Shown: positions 52,001-64,000 of the stretch, in pieces | Layout: every line of letters begins with the position of its first letter | Numbering within the stretch: the first letter of the stretch is position 1 | Source of the DNA: Azolla caroliniana | Lineage: Eukaryota > Plantae > Polypodiophyta | Assembly (NCBI GenBank): GCA_043228905.1 | Contig: JBHGNT010000014.1 | Location: forward strand, 20,522,001 to 20,586,000 | DNA: 64,000 bases | Direction: 5' to 3' | The notes under the pieces: generated by a model | Databases searched by the model: none | What the model was told of the DNA's origin: nothing | The model's input: only the letters and a program-made list of their open reading frames with translations | Program-made: the position numbers and the translations under genes

Positions 52001-55000
52001 GCAAGAAGTGATCACATTGCATCCTCCTAAAATAAGTTTTAGCTTTGCTTCCTTCCCCTCGCAAATAAACCACATTTAGAATATATAAAAGTAATGCATT
52101 GTCAAGAATTGTCTCTTCCTTTGTTAAATTATAGATCGAATCATGCTACAACTTTCTTGGTTCACCATATACTGAACCTCTTCAACATAACCATACTCAA
52201 CATATTTAGAAATCAACGCAGGCCAAGAGACTACTTGTCTAGCTAGTAGTCCTACTCAACCTACCTCTTTGCTCATAGCATCAAAACACACAAGATGAGG
52301 GCCATATGGCATCCTTCTAGCCACTTCCATTACTTTGTCCAATTCACCTATTTCGTGCCAAAACTACTCCTCTACGTTTTCCTTCCTCAGCAACTCGTAA
52401 CTATCTTCTAGTTGTCATCATATCTTTACCGGAGTTTTGATGTGCACAGACTAGCATCATTTTTTCCAATGTAGAAGTATCATCTGGAAACGAAAGTTAC
52501 GACCGAAAAGGAAAAATCATTAATGTCTTGAGAAACCATCATTTCTAATACCGAGAGAGAGTTTTGTTTTGATGGATCCTCCTTATAAATTTCTAAAGAT
52601 AATTGTTTTTCACAATCCATGGCAACCCCTGAACAATCAATTTGTCGCCTCTTGTCCTAAGGCACCGGGTGAGGCAAAGATTGAATGCTATGCTTTCCTT
52701 TATCCTCCAATTGATTACCTTTAGACTACCCAATAGACGAAACCTCAAACTTATGATGGCTATCCTTACTTTCTTTAACCGTCAAGACTTTTTGATCCTG
52801 CTTCGAGGTTTCTAGACTCTGTATTTCAACAACTTTCTTCTTCTCCCTTACAATATTTTGGGAGGAGATATTCCTACCTTCATCACTATTCAAAGTATTG
52901 TACGGATTACAGTCAAACAAAACTATAGAATTCACCAGTGAGTTAAAATGTTTAAAAGTATGCTTCGCTGCTACTGAAGTCCAGTCGGATCTCCCCACCT
53001 TAGAAGTCGATTTAGAGCCCCCCTTTGATCGATAACATTTCCAAGGACAATACTTCCCTAAATGCCCAAAATGTCTACATATAAAACATTGGTCCGGAAG
53101 CCCTTGGTACATAATCCTTTGGGGCAACGACTCTTTATTTTCTTGCAAATTTGGTAGCAAAAATGAAGATGGTAAAACGCTATTCCTGGGTGCCAAAATC
53201 CTCACAACTGGTGCCCCTTGCATACGATCCTCCTCCTGTGAAGCCTCGTCTTTAATTGTTATTATAGTACCTAAAAGAGAGCCTATTTGGGCTAATAGTT
53301 GATGCCATTCTATCTTCAATCCTGGAAAAAGGGCCATAAAAATAATATGAGCTTCTTTGTGCTGCAAAATCTCTTCTGCAATCACATTATGAGTCCACCT
53401 GTATAGAAAGATATCCAACTGCCCTACAATGATGTATGTTTGATCTTCAACAAACGATTAACTGACGAAGGATCAATAAACCCCAAATGATAACTTCCTT
53501 TTCCCATGAATTGGATGTCCACAACAATGTTGATTTCGTTTGGGAAGGATGTGTACAGCATTCGACGCAACTCAGGCCTATTTGGCCTTGATCCTTCCAT
53601 ATGCGCCGCCAGAGAGACCACCTCCAGCCGATGTACTTCGGCCAACACAATGTTTTTATCATTGTCTGAAAAGGAGAGTTTAGACAACCTTACTTGAAAT
53701 ATGGAGAGAGGTATAAGGCAGATCGAGGGGAGTTGCACCGGAACCCCCTTTGTGCATCGAATCAGGTGTCGGTCGTTTTTCTGGCATTGCTCCTCACTCT
53801 CTATTCAACATTCTTTGAATTGAATTGTCATCATTCAATGGAAACTTCCCAATGAGTTCATCGTGAAAAATTTAACCAACTCATTAAAACCATATTTATA
53901 AAAAACATCCATTGTTTACCAAGTACCAAGGAGGAATGGGTAGTGGACTTAGTATATCGTATCGGCACTAGATTTACCATTGAAGAGGAATGGTCATCAT
54001 TGTTAAGTCCAATATCTATGGCCTAAGCACACATATAGTAGGTGTGAAAGAATATATTTTATGTATCACAATTCCAAAATATAAATAACAATTGAAAACA
54101 AGGAGATGGAAGTGAACACATACTAAATAACAAGTCAATATAGAAAAAAGTCCTCAAGTAGTAGTCGGGGAAGTCCTATAGGCTATGTCCACATATAGGC
54201 CTACAATTATTTTGAAAGTACATGAAAGACAAATCCATGTATTAGATCTCCACTAACTTGACTTCTCTAGTGTTGTGTGTTGTTGAAAAGTGATTTGGTT
54301 TTTGTTTTTATAGGAGTATTGTTTGCGGTATTGTTAGCCGGTGTACTTACAGATGCATTAAAAACTGCGATTGGACGTCCTCGACCCAACTTCTTTTGGC
54401 GTTGCTTTCCAAGTGGTGATGAAGTGCGAACTTTACATCAATGTGTAACTTTAGTTAGCAATGCCAATGCACAATACTGTTTTAAGAAAATTACCTAATG
54501 GAAGTTTATTGAAATGTAGAGTTTTGATGAAACTACGGGAGAAGCACTTTGTAATGGCGTTTCAACAGTTATACAAGAAGGATTCAAAAGCTTCCCTAGT
54601 GGTCATGCATCATGTAACTCCCTACTAAACTTTCATTTTGCCACAATGTTTCGTTTTGCATCCTTTGAAGAAACTTGGACATGTATATATTTTTACTTAT
54701 GAGATTTGCTTGTTGGTGTGGTCACTTTCAATGATTTCAAATTTCTGATTGTACGTAACCATGTCTTTGCTCAAGGGTGCTTTGCTGGGCTAGGCTTCTT
54801 TTCGATGTACCTAAATAAGATGCTAAGTATTAAGCCCGAACATAAAAATAATGTGGGGAAACTTCTCATTATCGTGGCACCAATACTTGTAGCAATATCT
54901 ATAGCAATTTCAAGAGTTGATGACTACATGCACCATTGGCAAGACGTCTCTATTGGAGCCATTATAGGTAATATGACTTGTTTTTCGTTAAGAAGTTGGT

Positions 55001-55320
55001 GTACATTTTTTGTTTTATACCTTCATTCTCTAATATTTTACTATTTCAGGCTTAGCAACCGCAATATACTCATTCAACAAGCTTTGTCTACAATCATTCA
55101 CCCAACCTTTAGATAAGAGTATGTGGGGTTTCATAATTAACTATATTAAAAGTATAGAAAAAGAAAAAGAATTGTGGTGTGCTTTGAAGAATTGACTAAC
55201 ATAGTTAAAATTATACCCATTTTTAGTGCAGGCACCTTCCGTGCATACGGTACTCAACTCATAAGGAGGTTTATATTTGCACAAAGGTCTCAAGCAAGGA
55301 TTTTAATTAAGAAAGAATAA
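48174..55320 (+). CDS. Lipid phosphate phosphatase (PAP2 family, LPP-like)
   Basis: Exons 48174-48479, 48924-49005, 54314-54423, 54520-54613, 54776-54967 and 55050-55118 are followed by a last exon from 55227 (stop 55264) or 55232 (stop 55320). The three PAP2 catalytic motifs are intact: [13 protein letters not shown] and [26 protein letters not shown] is also present. Confidence 0.9.
48518..49303. repeat. (CATA/TATG)n, (CT)n and (CA)n microsatellites flanking LPP exon 2
   Basis: Directly visible. Confidence 0.9.
51190..52250 (-). pseudogene. PLS-class PPR gene fragment (decayed), inside LPP intron 2 on the opposite strand
   Basis: Broken frames give [51 protein letters not shown]...[41 protein letters not shown]...[23 protein letters not shown] and [16 protein letters not shown]. 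Stops and frameshifts are present. Confidence 0.88.
52256..53806 (-). mobile_element. L1-like LINE 5' end and ORF1 (DUF4283-like region plus CX2CX4HX4C zinc knuckle), frameshifted
   Basis: An ATG at 53787 follows a short GA-rich leader. ORFs 53424-53738 ([13 protein letters not shown]) and 52726-53418 (QIGSLLGTI...[23 protein letters not shown]) are ORF1-like. No endonuclease or RT follows. Confidence 0.85.
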
Positions 55321-56102
55321 ATCATTTATTTCGCACATCTAAAGATGAGAAAATGGGAAGTCCTTAAGAAAATGTGATATAGGGAATTGTAATATTTTGA
55401 TGTATATGAAACATGTGTATGTATACACACACTCTTTCATGCCTGTATTTCATTTTTCCATACAAGGAATGAATTGAAACAACTTCTTGTATCGATCAAT
55501 CAAAGAGGGTATTCTTTCGATGGAATCTTAATTTTCATTACCTTCCACCATTTATTATTTTCTCTAGCAACTGTATGTGAGAGTTCTTCATAAATAATTG
55601 ATTTTCTCATGCGTGCATGCTGGGTAATGGCTGCATGTCCTCTTCAAATCGAGTGATGATATAAAGTTATATAATCGGTAAAATGGTATAACCAAAAAAC
55701 TTTATCGTCAAAGTGCAAAAGGTGATATCTCTATGGATCATAGGGTCATCATTTGAAAATTATAACAAAACTTAGAAATATTATTAAGAGTACATAAAGT
55801 ACATGTGAGAGTGCTTGTTCTTCAAGTGGACTGTGGACACCCATCACTTAAATCTCCAAGCATATAAGATTGGCCTAATGTTGCTACAAAACTTATTTAT
55901 ACACGCAATATTGACACTACAATATCAAAGGTTTAAAAGGTGAAGCTTGTATGATATTTTTATGTTATACAAATAATGAAAAGTGTAATAGAAGGAAATG
56001 CACCATGTCTTCCCAATTTTGTGATGCCCATTGCCTTATTCAAGCATTCAACTCACATTTGTACGGAAATCTAGCAACAAGGATTTGGGAAATCTAATGC
56101 AT

Positions 56103-56280
56103 TGTTTTTTTTTTCTAAGACAAAATATCCTTCCATTTATGTATAAAAAGGACATAATAGCTACAACATACAAATCATTTTTCCCCCAAGCCCATCATGT
56201 GTAAGACAATGGTTGCGGAAACAAGTCTATATACTCCAAAGTAGAGAAAACAATCCACTAATTTGCAAGCTAATCCATAG
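56103..56280 (-). mobile_element. Short LINE 3'-end fragment with poly(A) tail
   Basis: On the - strand it reads ...aaatggaaggatattttgtcttagaaaaaaaaaa, sharing the pre-tail motif of the other LINEs in the window. Confidence 0.55.
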
Positions 56281-56286
56281 ACACGT

Positions 56287-56935
56287 TGTCGCGTTGCTAC
56301 GCGCGTGCGTGGAGAAGGGTGGGACCACGGGGGTCTTGGACTAAGTAGAGGAGAAGGAATCAGACATGGAATGGAAGCTTTGCTCAAGAAGAAGAAGAAT
56401 GAACAAGAGATTAGATTGAACAAGAGGAAGATGGAGACAAGATGATCAACAAGATATATTAAAACGAAAACAAACAATTACAAAATGGTGGCCGCATAGG
56501 CCGCACCAAACGACTACTCGAAACCCTAACCGACGAAGATGAAGATAAAGATCAAGAAACCCTAACGCTCGACCTATGTGGTATACCTCGCACACTCAAA
56601 ATAGGCAACCCCCACAATGGTGCCTTCCCACTCCTTTTATAGCACAAGGAGGGAAGACCGTTTTCAAAAGTGAGACTAAAATATCCCCTTTCATTCAAAG
56701 GGGATATTTGCCTTGATTTGGGGAGGGTGAGATTGATGGCCCCTTAACTCCCACCTCCACACAAACAACTAGGTACCTATGTACCGCATAGTACCTCTCT
56801 CTCTCTCTCACGTGGATGTGTGCACAAGACCACATCACCTTTATGCCTTAGGGATCCTATGGGGCATTTCTAGCACCATACACTTTACCCTTATTACTAT
56901 TACAAATATATTATGTACGTGTGCAACGTTGCACA
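56287..56935 (-). mobile_element. LTR-like segment (possible solo LTR)
   Basis: A GC-richer ~650-bp block is bounded by TG...CA with imperfect terminal inverted repeats (tgtcgcgttgc / gcaacgttgcaca) and has a TATA-like ctataaaagg on the - strand at ~56633-56642. No clean TSD was seen. Confidence 0.45.
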
Positions 56936-57959
56936 TCGCTCTTTGGCTCTCGTTGCTCGGGTTTCCGCTTGTGGACGAAAATCTTCACAATAACGTTCCA
57001 AGGTATTCCATATCCATAGACAACAATAAAAGTAGCTATATTCGGAAACAAGCCCTCGTAGCTATATTCAATACTTCAACCTGCTCATGTTCAACATAAT
57101 CTTTATCCAAAAAACCGATAAAAAAATCTATTAGAGTTCCTATGCTAAGTATGTAATCATTGACGGTGAAGTGGCAAACTGTTACATTATCAAAATTGGA
57201 ATATTATATTTCAATTATTAACCCCTAATGATGGTCCCATTACAACATAAAAATGCACGAACATATTGAATTGCATCTCACTACCCACATTGACCGATGC
57301 TCTCGGAGAGGCTTAACACTTTTTCGAACTCACTCAAACAAATTGGGTGTTGAGCATCATGGCATTGCCACCCAAATATGAAGATTCACAAGGTATGCAA
57401 TGAAAATCTACCTAGTGAAGGATAAATTGACTTACTTATCGCATGCTCGGTGTTAGGCAAACGTAATAATGTAAGTGTCTTGCTCAAATGTCTACCAAGA
57501 AGGGTGAGAACATGTGTGCCTGCATTATTTTCACATTGAGGGTTTTTACTCAAAAGCAGTAATCCCCTTTCTTAGAAAGGAGTCACATACAAGATGATAT
57601 GTTTATTTGGTTCCTTAGGTCAAATTTAGTCTCATCATGGACGATAAAATTTCTATTCTATTCTAATCTCTCTAGACTCCGCTTGTAGTTTTTGCTCCAC
57701 TTGTTTTTTATGTGATATCATCTGTTTGATCAGATGTTGGTATTAGCATTTGTATCACAATAGAGGTGAGATGAAATGTCTCGTTCAGTTTTCTATATGT
57801 ACATTTATCAAGTAATATACTAAGGTGTATCTTTCTTTTAAAAAGAAAAATCTCTCTAGACTCCGTCTCATATGTGCAAAGATAAATTTACGAATGAAGA
57901 GATGCCAGAATATGTAGAAAAATTTATGGAAGAGATGCTAGAATGTGTGCAAAGGTGTA

Positions 57960-59298
57960 TGCATGAGGGATGGCGTATATTGTTGCTTCCTAAACTTCAA
58001 GAAAGTTTTTGATATGGTAACTTGTGAGCATATTTGAAGGCGAACGAAAGAAGTCAAGGTGCCAAGTTAATATATGCTTACAATTTCCCAAATCTATGAA
58101 AAGATTATCTTGTCTGCGTATGGGTTATAGACTTTTAGATTTTTTTCAATAACAATATTATGTTAAGCAAGGATAACCATTGTTACAAACTCTATTTGTT
58201 CTATGCAGTAATGAATTAAAAAAATGGTTGTTGAGTTTGTGAAGGAAGGTGTTCAAGAAGTTTTCACGGAGAATATAGTCATCATGCTTTTGGTGTATGT
58301 TGCATTAGTATACTGTTTTTTGCAAATGGTTTAGGAGATGCACAAGAACTTACGAGGCATTGGAAGCATTTAGCATGCATACTAAATTAAGTGTAAACAT
58401 CTCTAAAATCAAGATAATTCTCTTGAGAGCTTGATGTTTATGTAGAACAATGTGCCACTTAAAATTGTGGAAAGCTTCAAATACCTACTACGTAGACACG
58501 AGAAAGACAATTTTTTATGTGTTTGAGAGCAGATCCAATCATGGAAAAATTAAGTGTGGGGTCCTCAAGAAATACCTTTTCAACACTTTCGAGACAGTTG
58601 GGAAGTATGACACTTTGGGGTCTAACGCTTCTCTATGGTGTTGAAGTATGGCGTGATAACAACCATAAGTCCACTTGGGAAGAGTTTGAAAATGTCCAAA
58701 AGCATTTTCTTATTTCACCAAATCAAGAAACAAATGTCATTCGCCCTCCTACTTCTTGAGACATGATCACTTCTCATTGATATAATGACCATGAAAGAGT
58801 TGTCAAATGCATGATTAAAGTTCGAAAAACTCCCTCACATCAACTTCCTAGAATTGCATGGAATGCAAACAAAAAGATCCAAGAGACACATAAATGCAAT
58901 AGTTTGTGTTCCGATTGGATGTAAGAGATAGAAAAATAATTCCTCTATCAATTAGGTTTTTTTGCGACACCGATGGATGCATCATGACATGGAAGAAATA
59001 TGGAGGCTTGTGCTTCGCACATTTTTCGAGAATAGGGAAACCACACACATGGATACATGTTAGAGCCTACCCCGTTGTAAGCCATCCGAAGCATTGATTC
59101 CATGTGACTTAACTCACATGCATTACAATTTGAGACAGGGCGGTGAGACACGAGTGATGAGAGTAATTGCCTATGCACACTTTACCCGAAACAAGTTCAG
59201 GACTCTAAGTCTCACACTTTGATACAACGTTCTTGAACATTGAGAATTGCAACTCATTTTCACATGTATTGCATGAAAATATTATGTTTTGATTTCAT

Positions 59299-59328
<30 letters not shown>
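57960..59328 (+). mobile_element. Heavily degraded RTE-like non-LTR retrotransposon (RT domain and C-terminal region)
   Basis: Broken frames read FKKVFDMV, IYEKII, VKQG*PL, NIVIMLLVY (decayed YADD region), HTKLSVN and TLLYGVEVW...WEEFENVQKHFL. The segment ends near a (CT)n tract. Boundaries are approximate. Confidence 0.65.
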
Positions 59329-59329
<1 letters not shown>

Positions 59330-61138
59330 GGCATGTCACACAATTTTGTCACGTTCAACATAAGATCATGTTGTCGTCATGGGTATTGATTGGCTATTGT
59401 CTGATGATGTAAGTAGCTTCTTTAGCATTATTCCCTATTGTCCACTTTGTATGTTTACAATTTGCTTCGTTTGCCCTTGCATGTTGACATACCTTATCTT
59501 ATTTGAACCACGCAATATTGGTGCAACATTGTTTGCAATTCATGATGTTTGGAGTGTTAATCAAACAATTCCCCACAAACTTGGTTGATGACCTTTGCCC
59601 ATGTAGCCTTTGGGCACTCAAGGCAATGGTTACTTAGGTACCCTTTTGACAATCACAATAACGAACAAGGGCCTTGGTTACAAGGGTTAATTCTCGTGTT
59701 AATGTCCATTTGGTTAAAGACATCCTAGTATTGCCTCTCACATGGCCTATGAAATGTGGTAGTACAATGGCAAATAGCATTAACTAGAAAGAGATGCAAA
59801 GTGGTTGGCACTAATACAGATAAGATGGGGTTATGGACTCCTTCTTGACTCAAAAGTACATTTTCAAGAATCTCCAGATCATGGCTACTACTGGAACTAC
59901 TTATTTTTGAACTCCAATAAAACTATTTTACTTCGACAATACACATCAGTTTGGAATGGCAAGTCATTAGCATTTCTACAGATTGTGTGATGTAGTATGT
60001 CCTTTACATAACTAACGTTACTATAATTTCTTCAAAGGAAGCAAATATAAAGTCCATGGTTTTTCCTTCCAAACAAAGGATATTTAGCACTTTCCATGTT
60101 TTCTCATACTCAAGGTTTCCATGGAGAGACTTCATAGATACCTATTATCCACCAAGTTCAAGTTCAAATTCAAATTCGTATCTCTAATTTTCATGGTTGG
60201 GAATTATTTATCTAAACATTTTCATGCTTGACCTACACATTTATATATTGATGTATTTGTCCAATCATTTCATTAAGACAACTCATGAATGATGCAAAAT
60301 TCTTAATATGTACACATTATACCGAAATAGTGGTTCTCTTGAGATACTTCATATGAATATACCATAAACCTTAAAAATCCATGGAACTTGATCAAGAGAC
60401 AATTCATGCACAAAACAGGCAAGTCTACCATATATCCGAACGAGTCCAGGCACATTGTGAAATGCAGTAAATGGTTTCCTTGTACCTCACAAATGTCATT
60501 CCAACGTGAATTAGTTCATGGAACACACTATATTCAAACCATGACCCCTATCTCTCTTGTTTGTTGACAAGATACCATGTAGAGCCAATGTGGTTTTAGT
60601 TTAAGCGAATTGAATATTGATGGAAAACAATTGTCAATGTCATTGATTGCATCAAAGATCTGGCCAAGGTGATAAAACAAACGCATCATACTACCAATAT
60701 TAATGCCGGCAAAGTCTAGACTCATCCAAGGTAAGATAGATTCATTTTCCATGGATCACATCCTCATATTTCTTTTGCCAGTCTAGACAATGTTCTATCC
60801 ATGCAAATAATACAGCAAGAACTTCGCCTACATTCAAGTGATAGTTCCAAACTTCCAGCTATGCCCTAATCTTGAAAGCTCGTATTTTACTAACAAGAGC
60901 ACTATAGAACTCAGGGAAACTCTTCACCATGCATGATAATACCATCACCAAATTATACTTATCATGTTATCATCATCATGACATGCAAAACACCAACTTT
61001 GGAACCCTAAATACTAGCATAGGATTCAGTGGTTTTGATTTGATATATCCATTTGACAGCAGTCTAACATTGTATGTTGCTATTTCTACAGGATGTACAT
61101 TAACCTGTTTTTTGAGAATATTTCATTTCAGTCAGTTT

Positions 61139-62668
61139 CTACCATATTTCCTTATTGGGTTTTGCTTTCTTCTTCGGATTTACATCACCCTCTTCACTTT
61201 CATATTCATTGATTGCAATATGATCATCATCCAATTCTGAATCTATGAAATCACTATTGCTTACATCAGATTCTTCATCTGAAAACTCTGATCCCATTTC
61301 CTCACCCATGTTACACAATTCTTCTTCAACTTGGCCTTCATCATCAATTCCTGATTTGGCACTTTCCCTTAAACGTGCTCGTATACGAGGGCCATCACGG
61401 ACCATTTGTGCATACTTATACTTTAAATGTACAAGCGGATGATCACCGTCAATGAGATGAGACTTGTAGTAGGATTCTCTCTCGTAACCTTCTCGCAAGA
61501 TAACTGTCTTATTATTCCCCCTCATACTAAGGTAAAATATTCCAGGAAAACGATTGACAAGCTTTCCTATTGTTTGAGGCAGACCAAACTCATCTCGGAA
61601 TCGACCCAAAACTTGCATTAAAGCTTTCTTCTCAAGTGTGAGGGATAATACCTCATGAAGAACACCCACCACTCTCTTTTCCGAAATAAATGTTCCCAGA
61701 TTGACCCAACTATAGTCTTCATAAGGGGACACATATGGAAGCTTTTGCCATCTCTCGAGAAGCTCGAGATTTTTTCTCTTAAGAAACATGCCTGGAGAGT
61801 GAGTGATTTTGAAGGCTAGAGGTTGCCCACGAGTCTCGATCTCATTGAAAACAAAGCCATTTTTCTTTGAAGGTTCAATTTTTGCATTGTTTTCTATATC
61901 CAAACCTTTGCTTCTTGCACCTTTTCCCATATCCAAAGTCTCAACATCAGTAAAACCGAAGCCATCATTCTTTGAGACTTCGATTTTTGCATCAATTTTC
62001 TTCTTTGGAACTTCCATCTTCACATCGATTTTCTTCTTGGAAGCATCAATTCTTGCTCTTTTTTCCATCTCAGAAAAGGCTATACTCTCATCCCAAGCAA
62101 CCAATTCGATGAAAGGTGATGGGGACTTACCGACAACTCGGAAATACTGAGGATACGAGGGTGCAACCCGTGTCGCGAAATCATCAGGAAGACCTAAAGT
62201 CCTTCTTGCAAAATCAATCTTACCTGCTTTAAGCCTTTTCTCCTTGGCCATCATTAAAATCTTCCTAAGTTTCATCACAACTTCATCTTCAATCCCTAAA
62301 TAAATCCGCTTCTCTTCTTCAAGTAAATCTTCCATGGCTTTGCTTAACCGACACCATGGCTCCTTGGTATGAGGGTCCTCAAAGATTTCAAAGAGGTTAG
62401 GATGTTTCCTTATATAAGCTTTTACTCCAATGTTCTTCTTCGATAGCCCTATCTGTTTCTGTTTTATATCGAGATATCTGAGTCTGAGAGAGTGATCCTC
62501 TCGTCGGAGAAGAAGATCTCTGATCTTGAAGATGGGCCGAAGAAGCTTGTCTCTCTCTGCGTGAAGGTCGAGAGAAGGGTCGGCCTTCAGTTTGATCTTT
62601 GGTGTGGACATGAAACGCTTCTGTGTGTAACAACAGTAATAATGCAGGATCCATTGAGAGCTTCGCAT
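61139..62668 (-). CDS. PORR-domain (plant organelle RNA recognition; WTF1/RPD1-like) protein, 509 aa, intronless
   Basis: Motifs include YIRKHPNLFEIF, LRKILMMAKEKRL, LGLPDDF, ELVAWD, WQKLPYVSPY, EKRVVGVLHEVLSLTLEKK and FPGIFYLS..TVILREGY. It has a basic transit-peptide-like N-terminus and an acidic tail. Confidence 0.93.
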   Translation of the reverse strand: MRSSQWILHYYCCYTQKRFMSTPKIKLKADPSLDLHAERDKLLRPIFKIRDLLLRREDHSLRLRYLDIKQKQIGLSKKNIGVKAYIRKHPNLFEIFEDPHTKEPWCRLSKAMEDLLEEEKRIYLGIEDEVVMKLRKILMMAKEKRLKAGKIDFARRTLGLPDDFATRVAPSYPQYFRVVGKSPSPFIELVAWDESIAFSEMEKRARIDASKKKIDVKMEVPKKKIDAKIEVSKNDGFGFTDVETLDMGKGARSKGLDIENNAKIEPSKKNGFVFNEIETRGQPLAFKITHSPGMFLKRKNLELLERWQKLPYVSPYEDYSWVNLGTFISEKRVVGVLHEVLSLTLEKKALMQVLGRFRDEFGLPQTIGKLVNRFPGIFYLSMRGNNKTVILREGYERESYYKSHLIDGDHPLVHLKYKYAQMVRDGPRIRARLRESAKSGIDDEGQVEEELCNMGEEMGSEFSDEESDVSNSDFIDSELDDDHIAINEYESEEGDVNPKKKAKPNKEIW

Positions 62669-62674
62669 TATCGA

Positions 62675-62685
62675 TTAGGGTTTAG
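62675..62685 (-). promoter_or_regulatory. Telo-box (AAACCCTAA) just upstream of the PORR start codon
   Basis: ttagggtttag on the + strand, a few bases before the ATG. Confidence 0.5.
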
Positions 62686-64000
62686 CAGAGACAGGGAAAG
62701 AGGGTTTAAGAGACATGTATTCTTTGGAGAATTACAGAAATAGCAGAACACTTGAAGCACATATTTCACATGGATTTGTTGGCTTCGTGATTTTACTGTG
62801 GATTTGTGACCATTCTGGTTTCACAATTGATTTACATGTGATTATGGTGATAAAACCCCAAACTCACATCTTGGCAATATGGGCCTCACCAATAAAATTC
62901 ATATTTGTTACTCGTTCCCATGGACATTGACATCTCATACCACCTACTAGAATTTGAAGAATGTACATGCTATCTATCACTTGACAATGGCCACAATACA
63001 ATGATTTTAATCACATCTTAGAAATAAGTTAAAAGAATCTTGAGAGTTATATTTGACCATTAAGGTGCAATGGCGTCGAAACTAAAGGGATCGCTCAATT
63101 TTTGAAATCGTGATCTTTAGTGTTTCATTCTCTCTCTGTCCTTATTTTTAATCTCCATGAGCTTTGGGGTCAAGAAATGGGCAAAATCTATGTATTAGCG
63201 GCGTTAAAACCTTTCATAAGGACATTTTGAAATCTCTTGGAGAACTTATCCAAGAATCCTTGGATTTGAAGATCATCTACAACTGATATGACTCAAGTTG
63301 AACAAGATAGACTTTCACAAATACATGATTTCAACACATTGGAGAAGAATACTTATGTAGGCTATAAGACCAAACACCATTTGTATGCATAATTCATTGC
63401 CCCACAAACACTCCCGCATGCTAACCCCACAAACACTCCCGCATATTTCACATCCACATCCACCTCTTGCACTTTCGTTCATTCTTCATAAGACGAAAAA
63501 CAACCTAGAATACCAAGGCATGATAAATTCTATATTTAACATTCTATTAATAACCCAAACATTATCCTAACTAAGATGATTAACCAAAATGCACTTTTTC
63601 TACTAGCATTTTTACATTGTTTGAGCAAGCCATCACTGATTTGTCCAAATTTAATGTAGCTTCCTGTATTGAGAGGCATAAATAACTCATACAAACATAG
63701 CCAACCTATATTCTATCTTCTTTCAATAGTGATACCTAATTGAGCTAACGATTTGAGATTGCATCTTATACTCTTCTTTCAACAGTTACACTAGATAATT
63801 CTACCCCACGTTGGGAAACAAGCTCCCAAATTTTACAATCTACATGACCCTGATGTTTCATGAATTTGCATCTAAATGAGATTATTTATGTGTGGGCAAA
63901 AATAGTTTTGATATGTTGAAGACAACAACTAACTTGAGCTTTGTGGCAGGCATTCATATAAGTAAATAAGACTATGTCATCACAACATAAAAAAACTCGG

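Overview
AT-rich land-plant nuclear DNA with spliceosomal introns. The PLS-type PPR remnant, LINE families and dense microsatellites suggest a fern (inference). Genes I could model by hand: the 3' part of a DAWDLE/SNIP1 FHA gene (+, 1-1218), an intronless MAKR/DUF1645-like low-complexity protein (-, 8289-10049), a decayed ARGLU1-like (At1g10890-like) gene (-, ~19143-26560), an MCRS1/microspherule-like FHA gene (+, CDS 30951-37764), a lipid phosphate phosphatase (+, 48174-~55320) and a PORR-domain protein (-, 61139-62668). Between them lie L1-like LINE fragments, an RTE-like LINE remnant, three copies of an AACCG-rich MITE, an LTR-like segment and many short tandem duplications. Three observations stand out. 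(1) The 2 kb leader of the MCRS1-like gene is an array of about 12-13 degenerate, splice-site-bounded cassettes, several carrying uORFs of 11 codons. (2) A 2.7 kb element in the LPP intron has a LINE 5' end and ORF1, PPR repeats where ORF2 should be, a LINE-type 3' tail and a candidate 14-bp target-site duplication. (3) The three in-frame stops in the last two exons of the ARGLU1-like gene all fall at Gln/Gln/Arg positions. All homology calls come from motif recognition, not database searches.
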